NCBI GenBank assembly: GCA_958009085.1
Contig: OY253672.1
Coordinates: forward strand, 62,001-126,000
From: Protoeuglena noctilucae
Lineage: Eukaryota
Direction: 5' to 3'
DNA length: 64,000 nt
The notes below the pieces were generated by a model. The model ran no database searches and was not told where the DNA came from. It saw only the letters and a program-made list of their open reading frames with translations. Both the position numbers and the translations under genes were made by a program. Positions within the stretch are counted from its first letter, which is position 1, and each line of letters begins with the position of its first letter. Of this stretch, positions 1-11,800 are shown one piece after another.

Positions 1-947
1 TGCACGCCAACGCCGACATCACCAAGGACCAGCAGGAGACGGACCGGATGCTGGACAGCCTGCTGCGGACGCAGAGCCAGAGCACCGCGGGGGCGGGCAT
101 GTCCAAGGAGCGGGTGCTGGAGGAGCTGGCGGCCGACATCCTCGCCCGGGTGCCGCAGCCCTTCGACGTGGAGGCGGCGCGGTGGCGGTACCCGGTGGAT
201 TACCACGAGTCGATGAACACGGTGCTGACGCAGGAGCTGGTGCGGTTCAACTGGCTGCTGGAGGTGATCCACGCCACGCTGGCCGACCTGCGCAAGGCGC
301 TCAAGGGGCTGGTGGTGATGAGCGGGGACCTGGAGGCCGTGGGCAACGCCATGTTCGACGGCAAGGTGCCCAAGGTGTGGAAGGACAAGTCCTACCCCAG
401 CATCAAGCCCCTGGGGAGCTACGTGAACGACCTCTGCGAGCGCCTGGCCATGTTCCGGGGGTGGGTCGACGGCGGGGCGCCCGTGGTGTTCTGGATGTCG
501 GGCTTCTTCTTCACGCACGCCTTCCTCACGGGCGTCAAGCAGAACTTCGCCCGCAAGGGGCGCGTGCCCATCGACACCGTGGCGTGGAACTTCCGGTGCC
601 TGCCGCGGGGGGACCCGGACAAGCGCCCCGCGGACGGGGCGTACGTGACAGGGCTGTTCCTGGAGGGGGCGCGGTGGGATTACGGGGCCATGCGCCTGGA
701 CGAGTCGGAGCCCAAGGTGCTCTTCTCGGCCGCTCCGCTGCTGCTGCTGCAGCCGGCCAGGGCCGACGAGGCGGACGACTACCCCCACTACGAGTGCCCG
801 CTCTACGTCACCACCGAGCGCAAGGGCGTGCTGCAGACCACGGGGCACTCCAGCAACTTCGTCATGGACGTGCGCCTGCCATCCGACCAGGCACAGGATC
901 ATTGGATTAGGCGCGGGGTGGCCTTGATGTTGTCACTGCCCGATTAG
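1..947 (+). CDS. Dynein heavy chain, C-terminal end (5' part lies outside the window), probably axonemal
   Basis: Typical DHC C-terminal motifs: YPVDYHESMNTVLTQELVRFN, SYPSIKPLGSYVNDL, FWMSGFFF, GLFLEGARWD, YECPLY..ERKGVLQTTGHSSNFV, HWIRRGVALM. Stop at 947. Confidence 0.95.
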   Translation, partial: HANADITKDQQETDRMLDSLLRTQSQSTAGAGMSKERVLEELAADILARVPQPFDVEAARWRYPVDYHESMNTVLTQELVRFNWLLEVIHATLADLRKALKGLVVMSGDLEAVGNAMFDGKVPKVWKDKSYPSIKPLGSYVNDLCERLAMFRGWVDGGAPVVFWMSGFFFTHAFLTGVKQNFARKGRVPIDTVAWNFRCLPRGDPDKRPADGAYVTGLFLEGARWDYGAMRLDESEPKVLFSAAPLLLLQPARADEADDYPHYECPLYVTTERKGVLQTTGHSSNFVMDVRLPSDQAQDHWIRRGVALMLSLPD

Positions 948-1147
948 ATGGTCGTTGGAAGTGGACCCAGCGGCCGCGCGGCGTGAAGGACGCCAACGGG
1001 AGGTCCTGCGGTTCCCCTGGGTGCGCATCGTCTGTTTCTCTCCCTTTCGATAGCCCTTTTCCCATAACACCGTGCTTGTGATAGCGCTAGATAGATGGCA
1101 ACGTCTGAACGAACCAATCTATCTGCTGTAGGCCTCCCAGAGATGCG

Positions 1148-1898
1148 CTACGGCCGGTCGCCAGTGTCAGAATCCATAGAGGCCGAGACGTCCACGGACT
1201 CGAGCAGACTGGGGAGAGCACCCTGCGCCGGCAGCTGTCGTGGCGTCGACCCGCCGCTGCTGCGATTGAGGACGTCGAACGGATTGCGGCCACGGTTTTC
1301 GCACAGCTCCAGGAGGCGATGGAGGCTTGCAAGCGCCGCCTCGTTCCCGGCTGCGGCCGCCAGATGAAACGCAGAATTACAGGTTTGCCTGTCCGTTGAG
1401 CACAGGACGCTGCGCAGTGTCCTCGGGTCGGCATCACCCATGGGCTCGAGGAGGACCCGGCAGATGGCTGCATGCATTATGCGAAGGGTGCATATGGATT
1501 ACCTGCCCTCGTGCGAGCATTCACGTCAGCCAGCGCACTGTCTCACCATCGAAGAAGACGTTCCGGTCGGGGCCCAGAGCAATCGTGTAGTGCAGCACCG
1601 GCATCATGCCCACGTCGCTGTGCGCTCGCAGTGCTGCGCCGGCCTCCTGCCATTGGCCGGCGAGGCCGTCGATGGCCTTAATGAAGTCGGCGAGGTTCCT
1701 CCGCCTGACCAGGTCGCATAGTTTGTTCGCCGTCGCAGTGCCCTGTTGCTGTACCTTACGATGGTGGAGCGAACGGCGCACCATGCTCGTCACTACAGTC
1801 GCCGCTACGACAGCACCCGCGCCGATCAGGAAGGCCTTCAGCTTCGCGCCTCCGCGCTCGCCCCGCCGGGCACCACAGGAGTCCTCCGCACCCACCAT
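1148..1898 (-). CDS. Small protein with an N-terminal hydrophobic segment and ankyrin-like repeats (2 exons)
   Basis: ORFs 1521-1898 and 1148-1477 join in frame through a 79-nt GTGAGA...TGCAG intron (FFD|AICRVLL). Ankyrin-like motifs MPVLHYTI and NSAFHLAAAAGN; hydrophobic FLIGAGAVVAATVV. Confidence 0.5.
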
Positions 1899-2901
1899 TT
1901 CGAAACCACCTACGGGTCACATCACGTCAGATGTGACGGGCATGCGCGGACCCTGTCGACGGCGGTCCGAGCGAGGAAAGCAAATTCATCTGTCAAGTCG
2001 ATCTCGCGCGGCCAGCAGGTGTCCCCGCGGGGCTCAGCGAGGCCCAGAAATGCAACGGCCAGGACTGTCACGTCAAGACAAGAAACGCATCCGACTCGCT
2101 CGCTCTCTCGACCAGAAAGCGCTGCGTGACACGCGGTATCTTGACATAACTGCATTATAACGGACTAGCGTTTGATCCCGCTCGCCAAAGCGCTGCTCAC
2201 CTTGCACGCGTGGCCTGTGCTGTGGATGTCCCCAACTCTCGCGCGTCTCCGAGCGGACCGATCGCGGGCTTATCTTCCCTTGCTGAGCTCGCACGTGGCT
2301 ATGGGCACGGACGAGCGCGTCGAGGAGCCATTAACGCTTAGGGTCACATCTTACATCAGCGTCGAACTGGCAGTGGGTGCCAGAATTCAATGGCTGTGGC
2401 TGCGGACTAGGAGCAGCGCTACACAGCCGGAGGGCTGAGACGGGGACGCGCGAGGGCGTGGTCCCTGCTATGGGGCCAGCCAACGCAGCGAGTGGCCAAT
2501 CTAATCGCGCGGGGTGGCGTGCCGGGTCGGCGGCTCATCGCGGGGCGGGCTGCCGCCCCGTTTCTAAGTCTAGGTGGCTGGTGGGGGTCATGGAGAGCTT
2601 GGTGGGGTCCAGGGCCTTGCGCAGACCTGGGGGCACGAGCGGGGGGCGTGTGTTGTGTCGAAACTGAGGGAGTGGCAATGAAGCACGGGTCCTCCATTCT
2701 TAGTACGCAAGCGACTCGCCGGAGAAGGCGGCCAGGTCAGCGCCGCTGAGGCTGCGTGGCCCAAAGCCCAGGAGGCTGAGGCCCAGCCCCGCCGGCAGAG
2801 ACGCCCTGGGGAGGCGAGGAGATGTTGTGGGGATATTGATGGGCGGGCATGCATGTTACAGAGTCAGCATGCCGCAGTGTCATTTCTCTCATCACAAATG
2901 G

Positions 2902-4305
2902 TCACCTGCCGGGGAAGGCTCGGTCGCCGTGGAGGCTGGCGGCGGCCTCCTCGGCCATGTCGCGGGCCAGGGCGGCGTCTGGGGTCAGGGGGAGAGAGAG
3001 AGCGTCACGCGTGTCGCTGTCGATGCATGTCCCATAGCACAGAGCCATGCCGGCTGCCGCCTCCTCACCCATCATGGGGAAGAGGGGCGTGCCGCTGGGG
3101 GAGTTGAGGCCCACCAGCGCCTGGGCCGCCTGAAGGTCCACCGGCGCGCCCAGGCCAGCCCCGGGCCCCATCCGCGGCACCGCCACCTGCAGCCCCGCGC
3201 GGCCGCCCCACCCCAGCTGCCCCGCCATGGCGCGGCGCTGCAGCACCGTCGGGGAGGGCAGCGGCGCGACGCCGGGGAGACCCTCCGCGTCCCTGCGGCC
3301 GGAAGAGCAGAGAGTCGCATATGCCGCACACCCACATCCACATGGCCGCATGTGCCCGGCGCCCCACCCTGGGCCTCGCCTGTCGCGCGCCTCCGGCTCC
3401 GGCGGGGGCGCAGGCGGCGCGTGCGCCCGCGCCCCCCTCCCCCTCGCGCGCCCCGTGGTGGCCGGCGGCGCGTGGTTGTGGTGTCCCTCGTAGGTGGTGG
3501 CCACCTTGGCCGGGTCCACCACGCTGCGCTCCACGTGCTTGCGCACCGTGCAGCCGGGCGCCGTGCACTTGTAGTAGCTGCGCGGGTGCGGGCTGCCCTT
3601 CACCACCTTCTGCCCGTACTGCGGGGGAGCGAGCACGGGCGGAGGTGCGCGACATGCACTTGACAGCACCCAACACAGCACCCGATGCTCCCCCTCCACC
3701 GCACCTTCCTCCACCGGTACCCGTCGTCGACCACGTCCGACTCGCTGACCACCTCCGTGACCACCTTGGAGGGCATTCCCGCGTGGGCGCCGGGGGAGGG
3801 GGCGGACTGGGGGGTGCGGCGACCGGACGTGGCAGCCGGGGGCGCGTGGGCCCCGGGGGTCCCCTGCGATTGCTCTTGCGCCTGAGCCTGGGCATGCGCT
3901 TGGGCGTACGCCTGTGCCTGCGCCACTGCCGCCAGGGGGGACAGCCCAGACAGACCGGTTGGGGCCGATGGCGTTCCCTCTTGCGCGGCGGAGAGGGGGC
4001 GCGAGGGCTGCGGGGGACACGGAGGCGCACATTTGCAGCAACAGTCTACCTACACAACTGCACTTACACCCACACCCACACCCACTCCCACACCCCGCCG
4101 CGCACCTGCCCCCCCTCGTAGAGCGCATCCCCGGGCCCGTCGGCGTGGTTGCTGGTCCCGACGCGGCGCCGCTTGGACGGGTGGAGCTCGCTGGAGCTGG
4201 GCTCACGGCTGACGTGGGGGCGGAAGGCTGCAAGGCACGAGCGGGCCGTCGGGTGGAGCACAGGGGCGCAGGGGTCGCTCAACCAAGGTCAGTCACACGG
4301 CGCAT
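2902..4305 (-). CDS. WRKY: WRKY transcription factor with a single WRKY domain (multi-exon)
   Basis: Spliced [31 protein letters not shown]...HNH gives a C-X4-C-X23-H-X-H finger. Upstream KRRR and an AQ-rich tract. The start at 4305 is inferred. Confidence 0.9.
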
Positions 4306-4469
4306 GACCCTCACCGGACCCGAGGGGCAGCTCTGCGTTGGAGCGCCGCTGCTGTGCGGGCGAGTCGGGCGTTCCCCCCGCCGGGAGGCCGTCGTGCCTG
4401 TGAGCGAGGGCAGAGTCGCCAGCTCAGCGCAAGTCATCTCGTATCAATCTCCTGCCAAGTGTTCTCCCC

Positions 4470-5800
4470 TCACCTCGCCGCCCCCGCGTCGTCCTCGTCC
4501 GCGTATGCCCCCTCGTCCGGGGCCTCGGCGTCGGAGCGGCGGTTGGAGCGGTACAGGGTGGAGCGGGCGGCCTGGGCGCGGGAGCGGAGGTGCGCGGGGA
4601 TGGTGGTGTCCCCCTCGGAGGCCCGCGCCAGGCTGAGGATGGTGGAGAGGCTGTCCAGGCCGTCCGACCGGCGGGGCACCGGGCGCGCGATGCGGTGCTG
4701 CAGGAAGAGGTCGCTGGCGCCGGCAGAGCCGCGCAGGTCGGCGTAGAGGCCCGCGCGCTCGTGGAAGAAGGGCAGCGGGGCCAGGCCGCTGGGGGACGGC
4801 TCCACGTGCAGGGGCACCAGCACGGGCGAGTCGAGCATGCCTGGGGAGGGGATGGGGAGGCCGGGACTGACCTGACGCGCCCGCACGCCCTCATAGCCAG
4901 CGCATCGCAGCCGCGCGGGGCCGCCGCAAGAGACGCCGCCCATGGTCACCGCCACCCCGACAGCTGTCGGCGGGCGTGGGCAACGCGCCCTGCCCCGCCC
5001 CGCGTCCCCGCGGCGCCCCCCGCTGCGTCGCGATGCCCCGCACCTGGCAGGGCCCGGACCAGCCCCTCCTGGTCGTCCACGGCCGCGTCGGAGAAGCCCG
5101 CCGTGGGGCGCGGGTAGTAAAAGCTCAGCCCGTGGATGCTGCGGAACAGCTCCGCGCCCACGCCGGGGGCCATCGCCTCCGGCATACCTGTGCTGGGGCG
5201 CCCGCGCGCCGCGCCGCCGCCCGCCAGCGCGTCTCGCCGCAGCGCGTCTCCCAGGCTCCCCGGGCCGTCCATCCTGCGGCAAAGCCGGCGGCATCTCGGC
5301 CTGATGCCACTCGCATCGCGCGACAGACCGTCCCAGCTGCCTCGACGACATCCGCCGGGAAGCCGAGCCTCGGCCCAGTCGCCAGCCCTACCCGACGAGG
5401 ATTGCAGCGAGGTCGCCCGGCATGGCGCCGGCCCCGCGCGCCTCCCCCGCAGGCGACCGCGAAGCTCACCCAAGTTGCGCGGGTCGGTCCACAGACAGGT
5501 CGCCGTTACAACTCATCGATCCGCGCCAGCGTTCCTCGACGGCGACCCGGTCAACCTTTACGCCGTCTGGCTGGGGTGTCCCTGCGACCCCGAGACAAAG
5601 CGCCCGGTCGCGCGCGGCGACTGCATCATCCGACGTCTTCCGTGACCAGTTTGGAGCGCGGAGTGACTCGGAGCTGGCCCCCAGGGTGGCTGGGGCTATC
5701 GAGGCCCAGGCGTGCTGTCGCGGCCGGCGGGGACCGTCCCCACGCGACCACCGCATATTGATTGCCGCACAACGCGCACGGGGCGTCGCGGTGCGCGCTT
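4470..5800 (-). CDS. Hypothetical protein (multi-exon, 5' end uncertain)
   Basis: Coding-like exons with splice sites (AELFRSIHGLSFYYPRP; MLDSPVLVPLHVEP...FLQHRIARP), stop at 4470. No family recognised. Confidence 0.45.
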
Positions 5801-6245
5801 CGGAATGCCCGAGCGCCAAACTCGCCTCAGCCAGCGTCGTGACCGCCCTACGATGGAGAGATGCGTGCAATTCGACGGCCTGCGAACGAGCGGACAGCCG
5901 CCTCTTTCTCCGGTCAACGATTTCTAATTTTCGCCCTTACGAGACCTAGCGCGACGTTTCGGCACGCGAATGACGGATCAGCGACGTGATACGAGCATTT
6001 CCGCGCGCAGAGGACGCTTCAAGGCAGCGCGGCCGCCTCTGACACCGGAGGCGCGTCTGACCGAACCCACCCCGTGTTCCGGAGAGGGAAAGCGGCAGCG
6101 GGCCTTTGTACTTGTGTTCTTGCGAGCGCGATTCGATCGCGCGGGGCGCGCCGGGGGGTGGGTTTGCGCAGCGGGCCCAGGGCGACCCTTGGCGGCGAGC
6201 GTGCGTGCGTGGGAGGGAGCCGGCACATGGTTATGACGGAGAGCG

Positions 6246-8781
6246 ATGGACGGGCGGGAGCGCGGGCAGCACGGCCTGCATGAGGCGCCATGCTCCACGA
6301 GCGCAACGGGCGGGGGGCCGGTCCCCGCCCCGCCCTGGGTCCTGGGAGCCACGAGGCTGGCGGACGGATTCGGGAGGCTGCTGCGTGAGCTCGGCCGGGC
6401 TGGGGAGGCGGGGCCCTCCGGTCCTGCGCCCCGTGGGGGCCAGCGGCGGCGTCCCTGCGTGGCAAGCGTCACGAGTCATGGGAAGCAGAGGCGAGGCCAT
6501 GTGCTGGGACGCGCATTCCTCGAGGAAGGGGAGGGCCACTCGACTGCCCATCGGTCAATGTCGCTGCCTTGCTCGTCGGCCTGCGCAGGGCGAGCCGCTA
6601 CGAGGAGACGAGCGTGATGGAGGTGGAGGCGGGGGGCCACTGGCGGCGAGTGGTGTTCGACCGGCAGCGGGGGTTGCTAGTGGCACGCGAGCAGGTGTGG
6701 GTGCGGCAGTGCAGGAGGGGGGAGCAGTGGCAGGCGCCCGCGCTTATGCCTCCGCACTCCTCACTGGCGGTGGCGGGGGCGTGCGATGCGTGGGCCCGCG
6801 CCTGTGGACGCAGGAGGCACTGGACGCTGAAAAGAGAGGCTCCACGCATCGGGACCACGCCGAGCGCCTGCACAAGAGGGTCATGGTGGGTGGGACGGGG
6901 TATCGGGGGCGAGAGAGAGCACGCTGCCGGCCGTGCCAGCCGTCACCATTGTTTCTCTCCCGCAGAAGCACCTGGTGTCTGCCTTCTTCCCCGACCACGT
7001 GACGGGGGAGTACTGGGAGTACTGCAAGTGGAGGGCGGCCCACCGCGTGTTCAGTGCGGTCATGGGCACCATGTCCACGCAGGCCATGCTCACGGCCATA
7101 GGGGTGGGGTCATCGCGGGCAGTCCCAGCTGCCGCCGCTTTGAACTGGGTCCTCAAGGACGGCCTGGGCAAGATGGGCAAGCTGGCCGTCACGGCCGCAT
7201 TCGGGCGCGCCTTTGACTCGGATCTCAAGCGGTTCCGATTCGTGGCGTCCGTGGTCATGGTGAGGAGTGCTGACGAGTGCACGCATGGCTGGGGTGGTGA
7301 TGCCGATGCGGGCGTGGTGATGGGTGTGGGCGCCCCACTTCACGCAGGCGGCGTGTGAGACGTTGGAGATGCTGACGCCCTTCTTCCCGAGGAGCTTCCT
7401 TCTCCTGGCATCCGCGTCCAGCTGCGGGAAGGTGGCCGGACGCACGCGCACAGAATGCAGCGAGAGGGCGGGACGCACGTCTGCTGACGCCAGTGCCCGT
7501 GGCTGTCTTCTCCCGCAGGCCGTGGCGCTGTCGGCGGCGCTGGCGGTGCAGCCGGCCATCCACAAGAGCTTCGCCACGGTGGACAACATGGCGGAGGTCA
7601 CGGCCAAGTCCCAGGCGCAGCACGTGGTGGTGGACAACGTGGGGCTGGCCATCGCAGTGCTCATCACCAAGGTGACGCGTCGGGGGTAGCGGTGGCGGAA
7701 ACGCATAAGGCGCAAGGCATGCATCAAGCACCCTGCCCCTTCCCACCGCAGATGCTCTACCCGAGGCAGCGGCAGGCCCCCCCCACCCGGATCTTGTCAG
7801 GTCCCATCGTCCTCTTCCCCTTCCTCACCGCCTGCGAACTCTTCTGCACCCACCACGAGCTCCGCGCCGTCCGGCTCACCTCCCTTAACAGGCGAGGTGC
7901 CATGGGGAGCGCGCTGCATTGCCATGTCCCTAACCGCCCGGTGGCTCACCAAGCGCGTTGGCCGTCTCGCAGGGAGCGTGCTGAGCTGGCCGCGGCCGCG
8001 TGGGCGTCCTCCCGCACCGTCCCCTCCCCCCGGGAGGTGTCGTGCCGCGAGGGTCTCTTCTGGCCCTCCGAGATGCTGCACCCGGAGTGCGCGCCCCCTG
8101 CTCGCATCCGGCCCCTCTCCTCCATGGCGCAGACGCCAGAGGACCTCGCGGGGCTCCTCCAGGCACGCGTGCCGGTGAGGCAAAGCTGCAAAGGCGCGTG
8201 TGTCAGTTGCAAGCGTGCCATATTGTGTTCCTTGCGAGTGTCAGCAGTGAGCCATGCCACCGCTGCCGGGGTGTCTGCGTCTGCAGGGGACCAAGCACGT
8301 GCTCCGGGCAGTGCCCAGGAAGGGCCTTGTGCCCAAAGGCGGCGAGTGCGACGTGGCCATCGCGCTGCAGGAGGGCGCGTCTGCCAGGGACGTCCTCTGC
8401 GCACTCCTGCAGGCGGCGTACCTCAGGAGGGAGATGCCGGGGAAGGGGGCGCTGCCCGAGGCTGCCATGCGGGCGGCCGAGGCGCGGGCAGGGGCGCGGG
8501 CGGCCTCGGAGGTGAGGCGCTGTGGCTGAGTGGTGACTGAGAGTGGTGACTGAGTGGTGAATGTCATTCATCACTCAGTCATCACTCATTACGGTGACTG
8601 CCAGTCAGTGAGTGGCGACTGAGTGCGGGCGCGGCAGGCCCTGCTTGGCTCTGGTACATGCCTGTTCCCATGTCCTCGCCCGCAGGTGGGCCCCATGATC
8701 CGGGCCCTGCAGAGCCAGGGGTGGGAGACCCACCGGGTGCTGCTGTCCAGCCACGAGCGCGCCCGGTTCGCCCTCTCGTGA
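6246..8781 (+). CDS. ROOT UVB SENSITIVE (RUS)/DUF647 family protein
   Basis: FFPDHVTGEYWEYCKWRA, STQAMLTAIGVG, AAALNWVLKDGLGKMGKL, FDSDLKRFRF, IHKSFATVDNMAEVTAKSQAQ. Last exon 8686-8781. Confidence 0.9.
8526..8625. repeat. Intronic tandem repeat (GAGTGGTGACT-like) followed by its inverted copies
   Basis: ctgagtggtgactgagagtggtgactgagtggtga is followed by catcactcagtcatcactca inside the last RUS intron. Confidence 0.7.
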
Positions 8782-8832
8782 CCAAGCCATGCCATGCCAC
8801 TGCGTCCTTGTTGACAGGCAGCGTCGGACAGA

Positions 8833-11800
8833 CTAGGACGGACCCACGCTCGCGTTTGCACTTTCTAAAACAAGAGATCGATGATTGAACCACGCATGGA
8901 AGAAGCTAGCAGCAGTGGCAGTGAGCAGCGTCAGCCACGGCAGCCCTGCGCTGGGCCTGGGAAGCGAGCCAGTGAGGGTAGCAACAACCCACAGCTTAGA
9001 CAGACAGATGTAACTCATATATGGATCGCCATCGCACGTAAGCGCGTCACACGCAGCGCGTTTCAGATGGACGCCTTGTACCGGGAGGGGGGCCGCGACA
9101 CCTGCTGGGGGCTGGCTGGCGTGTCTGCGGGCGCAGAGGCAGGGCTGCTTGCGCCAATCGCCGCAGCATGCCAAGCAGGTGGCTGCGGCTCATGGCATGC
9201 GGCGCACCTGGCGCAGTGGAGAGGAACTTGCATCCCGTCCACCACAGGCCGTCCTCTGCCTTCGGTGCCTTCCCCTGGGGGACCCCGGCCTCGTGCAGGG
9301 CACCCAGCCGCCTGCGAACCACACAAGGAGTATGCAGGTGCAGAGAGGCTGGCACGATGGGTGCATACGTGCAGAGAGGCCTCGCCCCGCTGCTGCCCCA
9401 CCTCACAGCGGCCAGCCACTCCTCGTCGGCGTACTCCACCGAGCGCAGCGCCACGCGTGCCCCCGCCGCGACCTTCTGGGCCGGCGCGGACGCCCCCGCG
9501 TGCACGAGGCGGTGAAGGGTCACGAGCGCGGCTGTCTCGGGCGCTGCGGGGGCCAAGCAAGGGTGCGCTATCGGACGCACGCACATACACCATCAAGCAC
9601 CGGCTGTTGCATCCGTCGCCTCGCTGTCTCACGTGCGCTGGATGCGGCCAGTAGCCTGGCGGCCGCTTCCATGAGTGGGTCCCGGAGGGCGTGGATGGCG
9701 TGGGCGTGGCAGGAGAGACCGGCACAGGCGAGGAGGCAGCCGTAGGCAGCCAGGGTGGCGTCCAGGGCAGGCGGGGCGGGGGAGGCGGGGGTGGCGGGCA
9801 GGGGGGAGAAGTCACTGGCTGGCTGGGCGAGGTGGTTGGGCCACCTGTGGCGTGAAGAGGGAGGGGGTGTGGGTAAAAGTGGAGAGTAGAGTGCATGGAG
9901 TGGATGAGGGAAGGCACGCAGCGTCGCACCGGAGCGTGGGGTCCAGTGGGCTGAAGACGCGTGCCACCGCGGTGTGCTGCAGGGCGGGGTCGACGGGGAG
10001 GCCCAGGGCCGAGGATAGGGCGGCAGCCACGGAGCGGACGGCGTCGGGGGAGGCGTCGGGGGCGCCGCGGAGGAGGGCAGCCACGGCGGAGCAGGCGGCA
10101 CGGGAAGCGGACAGGGCTGCAAGGAGGAGGGGTGGGGTGGCGGTCACATAGACAGTGGCGCAGGCATGGATGGTCAGGGCATGCGTTGACCGACTCGCAG
10201 GGCCCCTCACCGTCCCCGCCCGCCGCGGCCCTCCCCATGTCGGCCAGGCTGCCGTCGACCGTGGCTCCCCCGGAGGCGCGGATGCCCAGGGTGGTGGCTG
10301 CCTGCCAGGGCGGCATGGACGCCAGGAGCTCGGGGGTGAGGGCCGAGGGGGACTGCGGCGACGTGGGATCTGCATCCGCGGCGGCTGGGGCACCGGGGCC
10401 TGGGGGGGCCTGCAGGGACGGGCGGAGGGGTCAGGTGCGGCTGGTACGGGCACAGTCATATGCATAAGCACAGACACAGGCACATGCACAGTCATGTGCA
10501 TAAACACAGGCGCAGTCACAGGCTCACCTTCCCCCCGGCACCCATGGCGTTCGTGACCCCCATGGCCAGCAGAGAGGCGGTGTCCAGCCACAGCATCTGG
10601 GGGGCATCGGCACCCGCGTCCTCCAGGCGACCCAGCAGCCACGCTGCGGCAATGGGAGGGAGAGGCATCAACACAATCAGACTGATGCAAATCAAGCAAA
10701 GAGCACCGAGTGCGGGTTGCATACCGCAGCCGCCACTCACTTGGCAGCGTGGCCGCGAGGAGCTCCTTCCCCAGCACGGCGTCCCCCGCCAGGGCGCACT
10801 CGCACCCGAGCGTGGCCTGAAGGGCGTCCGCGCCCGGCAGCCCCGCGGCGCGCCCCACCGCCCAGGCCAGCAGCACCTGCGCCCCCGAGAGGAGCTGGGC
10901 CACGGCGCCTGCCACGTCCCCCACGGAGAGCAGGCAGCAGGCGGCCCAGACGCGCTGGCCCTTGCCGGCGAAGCGCTCGGCCTGCATCGCCTGGATGGCC
11001 ACCAGCTGCGCGCTCGGGCGCAGAGACGGCGTGGCCGAGGGGGAAGGGCCGGAGTCGTCCCCCGTGCGGCCCCCCCGGTCCTCGTCGAACTCCGCGACGG
11101 GCCCCAGAGCGAGGCGGGAGAGGGCCCCGATGCTCGGCTGGCTGTGCGTGCGGGCGTGGGTGCGCAGGAGCTGCGAGGAGGCCACCAGGGGCGCCGCCGC
11201 GTGCAGGCGCCCGGCGTGGGACATGGCGGCCAGGCAGTAGGCGTCGCTGTAGCGCTCGGTGGCGACGTACAAAGCAATGAGGCGCGCGTGCTGCCCCGCC
11301 GCCAGCAGCAGAGGCGCCACCTCATCCACGGGCGCCGCCTGCTCCTCCAGGTCTGCCACGCGCTGCGTGGGTTGGAGGGGTAATGCAGGGTGATACGCAG
11401 GTGATGCGCAGACACAGCCAAGAGGTTGGGAATGCGGAGAGTGATGCGGGGCAGAATGGGGAGTAGGGCGTGCATGGGTGACACGCAGGCAGCGATGGGA
11501 GTGTCACCACTCCCATGCGCCCCCGCCTCTCGCCTGGAGGAGCACTTGTCGGTACTTGTCGGGCCCCTCGAGGACGCTGAGGGCCAGGGCCTCCTCCCAC
11601 CGCCCCAGCTCCACCATGAGGTCGCAGCACTGGCCCAGGTTGCCGGCCATCAGGTGCGCGTGGGCCGCCTGCCCCAGGAGCTCCGATCGCTTGGCGGCCG
11701 CCCCGATGCCGCGCATCTTGGTGGTGGTGCGCAGGAGCTCCAGCTGCTGGGCACGCTCGTTGAGCACGTCCACCACGTGCGTCACGTAGGGCACGCGGCG

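Noticed and set aside
2160..2830. Short ORFs between the ankyrin-like gene and WRKY
   Set aside because: No recognisable motif or consistent exon chain; probably promoter or UTR sequence.
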